From NCBI GenBank assembly GCA_003971905.1, contig RSEE01000126.1:1-64000 (forward strand): a stretch of 64,000 bases of DNA, given 5' to 3'. Source of the DNA: Moniliella sp. 'wahieum' (lineage: Eukaryota). Within the stretch, counting starts at the first letter, position 1; every line of letters starts with the position of its first letter. The translations under genes were made by a program, and so were the position numbers. This document shows positions 50,201 to 60,853 of this stretch, one piece after another. Under the pieces are notes generated by a model, which was given only the letters and a program-made list of their open reading frames with translations, did not search any database and was not told the DNA's origin.

Positions 50201-53200
50201 CGCAAGGGGAAGAGGGACAAATGGAGACACGTGTGCGCAAAAGCTTGTGGGTGGATTCAGGCGGAGGAGGTACCGCGAGCGAAGAAAGGAGGGAAGGTGG
50301 TCCTGCTGATGTTTGGTCCCAATGGTCGCACTCGCGGAAAAGCTGGCAGCGAGAATAAAGGGGAAGGGGGATGGGAAGGGCGAGTGCTGGGAATGGCGCG
50401 TGTAGATAACGAAGATGGCGAAGAATGAGAAAGAAGAGGAGCGAGAGAGGGGGAGACTTTTGTTGTGTTTTGTGGTGGGATGGAGGCGTGATATGGGGCG
50501 GATGCCGGTTGGGGGACGGCGTTCAACGCGGCTGCTGCGGGAGGGAGGTGGGCGAGCCACAGAGCGAGCGGGGGCTAGTAGGGGCGGCGTTGCCTCTGCG
50601 CCCTCTCGGCTGCCTGAAGGGGGGATGGGGGCTGCTGGGTGGCCGGGGGGCGGCGGGCGTCTATCAGTGCGCTGGGGCCCACAGCGCGCGTGATACATGT
50701 CTCGCCGGGGGGCTGGGTGCGAGCGCTGGCCCGCGGGTGGATGAGGCCGCGGCTAGCCACACGCGCAGCACGCAGGTCAGCGCAAGGCAGGCAGCGCATG
50801 CGCCGCACACGCGCCGCCAGCACGCGCACCACAGCCGGAATGGTGTCGCAGGGCACCCCCTCCGAAGTGACTACGAGCAGTACTTGTGCACGTCGCACTG
50901 AACACCCAGGGCTGAGCAACTGCGTCTCAGATCTCAGGACAGACTGAGACGTGCCCGCACCCGTCCTGCTAGTGAGCACCCTGGCTGTAATCCCTCACCG
51001 CTCGACGCAACCACAGCAGGCTCATGCACTGGACCGGTCCTTGGTCCGGCCCTCCGACCAGACCGGGCCTGTGGACGCTTCCAAAACATGCCCAGGCTGT
51101 CGGCGAGCAGTGTCTCCGTGGTACACTTACTGACTCCCACAAGTCCCCGTCAGCCCCCCCTTTCATCATACATTGCAGCCCCCACCACGGTTGACGGTCC
51201 GCGGGGTGGCCCCATGATCATCGGCGACTAACAGACCCCCCACTTTATCGTATACAGGCAACCCCCGCTCTTGCCCGAACAGGGATGGCCGTCGCGAGTG
51301 AACGCCGAAAGACTGCCAAGATGCAATCTTGGCAGGTGCCACAACTGTCAGGATCCCCCAGAGGTATACGCGGGCATGGCAGACGGATTAGGGGGACAAG
51401 CAATGTTTTGCTCAAAGAGCTATCCGGTATACACGTTTTGTGTGGTCGCATGAAGTTCTAGTACCCTGACTCCTATACACCAAACTCGTTTGGCTGTCTC
51501 CCCTATCATATCTTTTGGGGTTATACTAACAACGCTTATTTCGAGAGCGACGTACGCCCAGGGCGTAGGAGGGCATGGATGACAGCAATGTGGGGTCCAG
51601 TGCCACTCCCCAATACCCCTACTTCACATTCTGAACACGTTTTTTGGACCCTAGAAATATCCAACAGTTCCTTTGTCGGTCTCTTGGTTAATGGGGCCAT
51701 CTCTCTCGCCTTCGTTTGCGCGTATGTTGGGTCGTCCGTGACATCACGCCCCATCTGTTCCCCCTCTCCCTTGTCGCGCGTGACACCCTCTGGTTTTGCC
51801 TCTGGTTTTGCATCCATTTGAGAAAAGAAAGAAAGAGTGTTGGGCATCAGCACTCAGTTCAGCTTCAAGCTCCGCTTCAGATCGGAGCCACTGATCATGT
51901 AAATTCGGAAAAAACAGAGTCGTGTGAGCGCTGGGATCCTTATCTCCGGGGAGAGCAAGACCCTTTTTGCAGGCGACGTCGAAGGGGAGAGTCAGTCACG
52001 GGTCAAGATCTCTCACTCGTGTTTCTGGCATCTGACATATAAGATCAATGGATCAAGATCGCTGTAGGGTTGTAGATATGGCACGCCTCTGCCCTATACT
52101 AAACTGTCATGTATGGAAAGAGAAACGATTACTAAAACGGGTTTCGGAAGAGCGATGTCTCAATGAACAATGCCAGATGATGCCCGTAATGACTACCATC
52201 TGGCGTTGCAAACCAACTGGGTTTGCAAACTTCAATGTCGAAAGATGTCTTTCGACACACCCTAGCCAGCGGATGGGAGCCAGAGCACCCCTACACCATA
52301 ATACCACCACACCCGATGACATACCAGTCGACAGCCGTTTTGAATGGAGCTATATCCTGTAGAGGGGTCCTAGCCTGTCTAGCTTACCGTGAGATCTGAG
52401 AGCCGCGAGGTGCTTGAGAAGTAGGACACAAAATTCTTGTAGCCCCGTGTCCTTTTGGGTCCACAGTTTTCCAAACCCGGGGGAACGGCACTTACGCACC
52501 CATATCACCAGTGGCAGGCTGTGGTGCTCTAACCGTTTTCCCCTTGTGCTGTCAAGCGGACACAGTCCGACTGGCGCTAGCGCGTTATAGGCGACAAGAG
52601 ATCTACTAGGCCTTGGCCGTTTTTTAACAGCCAACGTTTTGGCGCTCTTCCCTCCTCTTTGACGTATATATCCCAACAAGGCTCTTCTTCTCCAGCAGTT
52701 CTCCCTTGCCCCTCACTCAGTCTGTCCTTCCGCTAAAAAGACGGTTCCGGCTGGACTCGTAAATGTTCTCCTTTCCCCTCCTAGAGACTGAACGTCTCTT
52801 CGATCCTGGGGGTCGATAGGCACCCCAACATTCCTCTCCCCTTTCCCCGTTTTCTTCACCTGAACCTCCCGGAACCCTAAGGCCTATAACCACATCTCCA
52901 CACTTCCCTGCCTGCCTTTAAAAAGGGTTTCACGCAGGGCGACGGAGAAGTAATATGGGTCAGCTTGGATGTGCCTTAGACCCCCCATCCCCCGTATGCG
53001 CTGCTCAGCTACTTGCCCCCCTTCCCCCGCTTGATACCCTGGTGTAGATGACCTTATAGTAGTTGCTTTCGAACTCACAGGAGCGTTCTTTCCCCCCCCG
53101 ATGAGACGGCCCGTGGCACTTCTGTATGGCTATATCGATCCCAGCGGAGAGATGTAAGAGGCATCTCGCCAATAGCGAGGGCTATCCATTGCTCGCTCTG

Positions 53201-54821
53201 GTGAGGCCAGAGAAGCAGAAAGTGGACGGAGGGGGCGGAGGGAAGAACAGAACAGGAGCAAGTGAGACTAAGAACAATTGAGTTTAGATCACACGAATTT
53301 AGACTCCCGCCATAGGAAGGGTTTTGGAAGCGACGGACCTTAAAGGACACCCTGAAGGACGACCCTATAACAGACGACAGCCTTTGTGTTGCTCCAGCAG
53401 ACCTTAAGTTCGTCTGTGTGTTGGTTCCTCCAGCGAGAACGACAAGGGACCAGCCGGACACACCCACTGAAGCCCTCGCAACCCTTTCGCCCGCGACCCC
53501 ATGTCGCCCCCATATGCCTGTTACATTATGTGAACGGCCTGAGGCCTGAGGCTCAGCATTGTCCATTCACTGGCAGGAGCCTGTGTCCTACTCCGCCAGC
53601 ATGCCACGGCACATGGCACGCACGCCTGGTTAAGAACAGAACGGGGTGGTGCATGGGACGGGGAGATCAGCGTCGGCCAATGATTAATGATGCAATGGCA
53701 GGCGTGTTGGAAAACGTCGACCTACACAGGGGCATATACATATGTGTGCCATTTGACTGGGGAGGCGCTTGTGGTGTCGTCTGGGCCGAATCACGCTCCA
53801 CTGCGACATGTGGCAGCAGTGCTACGGGCAAATGATCCCACTAGTAGAGTGACGGTCGCTGCTGGAGTAAATTATGATGGAGGACTGGGAAACGCCGTGG
53901 TGTGGCACCTGAAGCCTGAAGCCTTGAAGCTTGCAGCTTGCACAGGCCCGGCTGGGTGCCCCGTGTTTGGTCTGTGGATGGCGGGATAGTGACTAAAATG
54001 GTGTCACACAGCGGCATGCCAATACTCAGTACGTATGCAACTCACTCAGTGTATATGCGACCTCCTGTTCGGTGTACCCCATCCGCAGCTATAGAAAACC
54101 AGATGTGATGAACGACCCTTCCAGCTTCAAGCCTCAGGTCCTTCAGCAAGCATCTAAGGCCTCGCGGACAAGGCGAATGTGACCGTTGAACGTCGATCTT
54201 AGATCTTCAGCAGAGTATTACCAGTGAGTGTGCGCGGAAGTACTACTAGTAAACACTGTGAACACACTGTGTACCTTGCAGGCCATTATCAGAGCTCGTC
54301 TTGATGTCTTCATCAGTTTATCTCATTGGTTGATCATCAGGCCTCAGGCAGGCCCACGCCCAAGGGAACCTGAAATACCCATGTTAGTGTAGCCTGGTGA
54401 GACCGAGTGTATACCACTGGTCTGTCCACCATTCGCGTGGAATTGATTGTTGGGACGGAGGGCCAGACGCGAGCAGGTTGGCCAATACATAGATAGGAAA
54501 TGTCTGGAATGAAAAAAAGAGGTGCTGCGCGCTTGATGGTCCCGCAGCCTCAGTCTTGAGAGGTCTGATGGGCCTGACTCACCCCGAACCTATACCCCGA
54601 ACCTATAGGTGCGGCGCAGAGACTGCTGCGGCGTTTTGAACGGCCGCGCGGCATGCTGCCTGATGCTCCCTGTTCCATTGCTAGTCGTGAGAGCCACAGT
54701 GAGGCCGTGGAGGGCAGATGCGGCACGCTGTGGGGTACTCCCCGCGATCTGACGGCTTTAAGACTGCCAATTGGCCGTATATTGCGAGATGGTGAGCGAG
54801 AAGGCGCGCTTGGACTGGCCT

Positions 54822-54875
54822 TGAGGCTTGAAGCTTGAAGCTTGAAGCTTGAAGCTTGACTGGTCTTGAAGCTTG
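54822..54875. repeat. (GAAGCTT)n heptamer repeat
   Basis: tgaggcttgaagcttgaagcttgaagcttgaagcttgac...tgaagcttga. Confidence 0.9.
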
Positions 54876-55498
54876 ACCCCGCTTCAACGTGCGGAGAGGG
54901 CCGCGGCCACTCATCTATAGTAGCTCCATCAGGAACGTGGACACGTCAACCGTCAGAATACAACAACAATTGACTCAAGCGCGCTGCATCACCACCTTGC
55001 ACGACACCATTGTGTTGCGGCAGCTGTTTCGGCCAGTGTTTGCACCTTCTCAGTCTTCTCACTCTGCTCTTGCATACCACCTTTATACGTCGAGGTCCGG
55101 CTTGCTATGGTAAATGAAAGCATGCCTACCGCACAGCGTCATCGATGCTCCGCAGCACACGTGGTAACCGTATGGTTAGCCAGGAAGATACGATCTGGCT
55201 ATCTCGATCTCGCAGCCAACATCCTCACCCCTTTCTGTTGAAAGTAGCTATGCATCTCGTTGTCTAGTGTCCCTTGGGTTTCGCCAGCCACCCACTACAT
55301 CTATGCCGGCCCAGAAAAGACGAGGAGAGAGCATAGGCATGTGCATCATGGCGCCCCAGCGAGCTGGCACGACCAAAAGCGGGCGACCGAGCGCCTTTTG
55401 TGCGCCGTGGCTCCAAGCCGAGCCGACGCAACTCACTATCCGAGCCAACAAAGCCAGCTGAGAAGTGCTACAGGGCGCCGCTGCGCCCAGATGGCAGC

Positions 55499-55887
55499 TT
55501 AGTAGAAGTAGCCCAGGATCTTGCCACCGGCGTGCTTGCGGCGCGCCTCCTCGTGGTCCATGATCCCCCCGAGGTGGTGAGGACAATGAAGCCAAAGGAC
55601 CGGGCAGGAAGCAAGTTCTCCACCCAGTTCTCCACCTGGCCCAGCTGGACGTTGAAGCGGGGCGAGATGACGCCGCACTTGTTGACCCGCCCGTTGAGCT
55701 GGATGACAATCTTGCCGCTCCGGTGGTCGTCGACCTCCTCAAACTCGCCAATGTAGCCGTGCTTCTGCATCACCTGCAGGAACTTGATGATGACCTTGGA
55801 CGACGGGCGGATGAGCACCTGCCGCTTCCCGCGCCGCTCGGCGTTGACAATGGCGTTGAGGCAGTCGTTCAGGACGGAGACACGCAT
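55499..55887 (-). CDS. RPS22: 40S ribosomal protein uS8 (S22/S15a)
   Basis: [50 protein letters not shown]...LGYFY; one frameshift near 55565; probable 5'-UTR intron 55890-55946. Confidence 0.97.
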
Positions 55888-56040
55888 GGCTACGCGCAAG
55901 GTCAGCGCACAGGGCCAGGAGGGGCGGGGGGGGGCAAGCCACGTACTGATGCTAGGCTTGGCGACGCTGGGCAAAGAGGTGGGTGAAGTGCAAGCGCTGG
56001 CCCGCCGCTGTGCCTCGAAGGCACACGGGGGGCGACAAAT

Positions 56041-56093
56041 ACAACCCTAGGCGCCGCGCCGCTTATTGCTGCGGCAAATTAAATACAGTCACA
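56041..56093. promoter_or_regulatory. Bidirectional ribosomal-protein promoter: ACAACCCTAG (Homol-E/telobox-like) and CAGTCACA (Homol-D)
   Basis: acaaccctag at 56041-56050 and cagtcaca at 56086-56093, between divergent RPS22 and RPS17. Confidence 0.7.
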
Positions 56094-56230
56094 CTGCCCG
56101 GGTGCCTGCCGTGTCTGGGCGCAATGCGCGGGACGGGCCCGCGCCGTCCGCCTAGGCCGCGGCAGCTCGTTCCCCCCCTCTTTGCTCCCCACCGTCTGCC
56201 ACCCCCACCCTCCAAGCCAGTTCGTTCACC

Positions 56231-56733
56231 ATGGGCCGCGTTCGCACCAAGACCACCAAGCGCGCCGCTCGCGTGCTCATCGAGAAGTACTACCCTAAGC
56301 TCAACGCGAACGACTTCCACACCAACAAGCGTGTGCTGGACGAGGTGGCCATCGTCCCCTCCAAGCGGCTGCGCAACAAGATTGCTGGCTTCACCACCCA
56401 CCTCATGAAGCGCATTGCCAAGGGCCCCGTCCGCGGCATCTCCTTCAAGCTGCAGGAGGAGGAGCGTGAGCGCAAGGTACGCACCTTCACCGTCCCCCCC
56501 TCCTGGTATGAGTGTTTAGATGCTGACTCGTTGTCGATTCCTAGGACCAATACGTTCCCGAGGTCTCGGCTCTCGACACGGAGGCCAACGGCGGCCTCGA
56601 GGTCGACCCCGACACCAAGGCTATGCTGGGCGAGATTGGCTTCGCCTCGCTCCCCGTCACGGTGGGTGCGCCGATTACCTCGGCCCAGCCGGAGCGCCGC
56701 GGCCGCCACGTGCCTGGTGCCGGCCGGCGTTAA
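56231..56733 (+). CDS. RPS17: 40S ribosomal protein eS17
   Basis: [64 protein letters not shown]; intron 56477-56544; in-frame TAA at 56731. Confidence 0.97.
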
Positions 56734-58073
56734 AATGCCGTCGCCTTGTCCTGCCTGGCCTTTTCCCCCCAAAATTCCACCTGATGCCTGTCATGGCGTC
56801 TCCCTGGTTTGTACGCCATAATCCTATGGATTCCTCATGCACCCTCAGCCTGTGTTGATAATCTCTTTGAGTTGTGTGCCGGGTTTTACGCAGGTAGAAG
56901 CGATGACACAATGACAGGCAGCCTCTGGACCTCGTCGGCACGGCTAGGGTCGGTGTGTGCGCCGCCTGGTACGGGGCCGGCGACTCTGTATTCGAGCTGA
57001 GGGCAGTTTGATACAACCCACTTCCCTTGGCTCGGTTCGGCGGCGCTGTGACTCTCCCGGACCTCTATTGAAGAAGCTTTTCGCGAGAGCGCACCACTGC
57101 CACTTCAACGAGCTACGAGCTGTGTACCAAGGTGTGGTTCGTCATAGTCAAGTTGAGGAGCTGTGCAATGCACTCACAGTACCACTTACTACACCCACAA
57201 GCTGCAGCGACATGATACGTGAACACATGAATTGGGCCGGCGCGAGGAGGTGCGGGGCACGAATGGGGAGCTGAGACTGCGGGCGACCGAGACGCTCGAC
57301 ACTGCCTTTGACCATTCTTTTCGAGAGTGTTGACATAAGAAAGTTTATATATACGGGTTTTTTATAACACGCAGCAGCTGTGTAACACAATGCAAGACCG
57401 ATTGCCTCAACAGGCGAGCGGGTCCGTGGTGGTCTGGACGCCATGTCGGGGACGTAACAATCCCTTGGACCACCTGCTATATGGAGGGGAAGCGACAGAA
57501 GGCCACCAGACGTGCGGCACGCACACATAGTGCTTCCCCACTCGATCCCGGCAGCGGACCTGGACATCGAGAGTCTATATTATGTGGGGTTCTCACACCT
57601 CGTGTGGCGCAGCGGCCCTACTCACAAAGAAGACGCACATGCATCGCAGCCGAGCTACGAGGAGGATGCAGTGTCGCCGGATCGATGCCGCGCTCTCCCC
57701 CCAAGTCGTCACAGCATACGTGGCGGTGGCGCCCTGCACGGGGTCGCCGCCAAAGGAGCTTCCCCTTGGCTCAACCCCAGTCTGCCGCCCTCTCGCGGCT
57801 ACATTGGACGAAGCAGGCGAGAGCGAGAGGCTCCCCAGCCCGTCCTCTTCGCTGTGTGCGGGCCAGAAGAGACAAGGTTGGACGAACAAACGTATTTAAC
57901 CCCCAGCCGCGCGTCCTCAAAACCTCTCTTCCCCCACCTCCTACCCCTCCCTCTTTTCCGATCTCTCCCTTCTTCGTCATTGACAGACTACACACTCCCT
58001 ACCATCCTACTGTTGCTGGCACAGATTTCTCCCTCTTCCTTGTCTCCCAATCACCTCTTTCCCACCAACCATC

Positions 58074-60071
58074 ATGCACCTCAGTGCCAACTTCGCCGCT
58101 CTTCTGCTGTGCGCGCTGGGCGCGTCGGCAGTCCCGAGTGGATCCACACCTCGTCCGGTGGAGGTTCCTCTCAAGCGCGGTGCGCGCGGAAACTTGCTGG
58201 CCCTGATGGCCATGTCTCGTACGAAAAGATCGCCCAGGAGGTGGATCGTGTGCGAGCCAAGTACGTGCGCACCATGAAGAACTACGAGGCCAACACCGGA
58301 CACAAGCACCATATGGATGCTACCCATCTCCTTACCCCGCCCAGCGCCGAGGCACCGGTACCGTTTCTCTCACCGATACCGACAGCGAAGAGCTCTGGGT
58401 CGGTAACATTGCTTTTGGTTCGCCCGCGCAACAGATCCCCATCGGTACGCTACCCCTTCTTGCTTGATCTTGTCTATGGAACGAAGACGAGAGAGCATTG
58501 AAGAAGAGAACTGAGAGCTGACTTGCACCGCACAGACTTTGACACTGGCTCTTCTGATACGCTGTGCAACCCCTCTGCCTACACGCCCTCCAAGTCGAGC
58601 ACCAAGCAGGATACCGGCACCACGTTCCAAGATTCGTACGCTGACGGGACCACGGCTTCGGGTGAAGTGTACTCGGACAAACTGACCATCGGTGGTTTGA
58701 CAGCGAACAAGGCCTACATTGGTTTGTCCAAGCAATCCTTATCCAGGGCGAAGGTACAAGCCAAGGGATCAGCGGCATGGCCTTCCCCTCCCTCTCTCCT
58801 TTCAACAAAAGGAACCCTTTTTCCAATCCCTCATCTCATCCGGCGCGGTGGACACGCATGCATTTCAGTTCCAGCTGCGCAAGTCGGGCTCGACATTGAC
58901 TTTGGGCAAGTCTAGCAGCAGCGCAACCTGGGTCCCAGTCACCGACGCTTCATACTGGTCCGTCCAGGGGTCCATCAAAGGTGGGTCAGGTAAGCGAAGC
59001 CTGGCCGGTCACCGTAAACTGGCCCGCCAGTTTGGATCGGCCGGTTCGCTCGGAGGATTCGGACTGGGATCGGAGCCGTTCGGAGGGGGTTCCCAAGGTG
59101 GTGGAGGCATGGGAGGGGGCTCGCAGGGTGGCGGAGGCATGGGAGGGGCTCGCAGGGTGGAGGCGGTACCGGTGGGGGCTCTCAGGGCGGGGGAGGTACC
59201 GGTGGGGGCTCCCAAGGTGGCGGAGGCATGGGAGGGGGCTCTCAGGGAGGAGGCGGTACCGGTGGGGGCTCTCAGGGTGGCGGTGGTACCGGTGGGGGTT
59301 CGCAGGGTGGCGGCGGTACCGGTGGCGGTTCTCAAGGGGGCGGAGGCACGGTGGGGGCTCTCAACCGGGTGGTGGGGGCTCTGGGGGTGGCGGATCTGGG
59401 GGTGGAGGATCTGGGGGTGGAGGATCTGGGGGTGGAGGATCTGGTGGAGGGGGCCAACTTCACGGCATCGTTGACTCTGGAACGACCCTCATCGTTAGTA
59501 CGTCTGCTTTTCCCCGACCGGTTTTCTTCTGTCTGCGTTTACTTCTACAGTAGATTGTGATGGACACGGCGTATATGCTAACACTGTTGCGGACAGCCCC
59601 CACGAGCGAAGCCCAAAGCCTGTTCAAGTCGCTTGGACTGAAGAGTTCGACGCAGAACGGGCAGCTGACCGCCACTTACTCGTGCTCGCAACAGCCCGAT
59701 GTGAGTGTGACGTTTGGGAGCAAAACCATTTCGTTGGGCGACTCGACGTCCCACGGCACTGCTTCCGATGGCTCTTGCGTCTTTGCCGTTGTTGGCGCGG
59801 TACGTACTACCATACTTTCTGGCTGAGAGCTAGTAGCTGACTCTTTACTCTTCCACTCTTTCCTCTTCCCTGCAGAATGTTGGCACCACCGGTACCATCT
59901 TTGGCGACCCAGTCTTCCAACAGGCGGTACGTATTATACAACCCCGTCCATTCTCCCATTCCCAATCCCCTGTCTATCAGTTGATGGCCCAGCCAAAACT
60001 GACCCTACATTTTCCGTTGCGCGCAGACAATCACGTTTGACGTGGCGGGAAAGCGGGTTGGCTTTGAGTAA
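58074..60071 (+). CDS. Secreted pepsin-like (A1) aspartic protease with large Gly/Ser insert
   Basis: Signal-like MHLSANFAALLLCALGASA; LWVGNI..G; DFDTGSSD; flap SYADGTTASG; GIVDSGTT; IFGD; FDVAGKRVGF. Introns 58445-58535, 59498-59596, 59800-59875, 59927-60026. Confidence 0.92.
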
Positions 60072-60853
60072 GTGCACACGACGCTGGTCGTCTCTGTTCA
60101 CACCCACCGACACACACACACACACGTCTACACACAGGTGATTGTGCGCCTAGTAGTTCCTTCTCTTCTGCACTGGAAGAGTGTGAAATTCTTCTTCCTG
60201 CAGCCGTATGGGGCGGTGAGAAACAATTAAAGGCCCCCACATCTCTTCTTCAACTCATCTCTGGATGCTATGCATGGAATGCCCGGAACGCACTGCATTG
60301 TTTCCAAAGCCTGTGCCCACACCACAACCAAGCTTCTCCTTTCTCCTCTTTTGCTTTCTCCTCCACTATGATGCCCCGTACCCCTGGATGGGACCAGGCA
60401 CTTCACATTGAATTCTTGTCTATGCCACGCGTCTGTCTGCCATGGCGCAGAGCAAGTCCCACTCTCGATCCTCAAAATAATAGCGCCATCTTCATTCGTC
60501 GATAGACATACCTACTACAGTGCTATACTACTGTCACAAGCACGCTTCTGCTTCTACAACGCTGGCACCGCGGCGTCTTCGACAATACGCAACTGGGCAA
60601 CACATTGCAATGCACCGTCTCGCAAAAGCGCACGAGAGCGACCAACTGCCAGTGGCAGAAACAGCGCACAAAAGAGCCCATCGCCTCAGCCCTCGTAAGT
60701 ATGACGCCCACAACGCCAACATCAAAACGAAACGAAACGAAACGAAACGAAACCCAACCACGCGACACACTTTGACTCGAGTCGCCAGTCTACCGCGCTT
60801 GCGCGTCGAACGAGAACGCGTGACCCGGGCCGCGCGGCGCAGCGTGGTTCTCC

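Noticed and set aside
51245..53566. Short ORFs in the lower-GC stretch upstream of the copper-fist gene
   Set aside because: No recognisable domain and no consistent exon chain could be built by hand.
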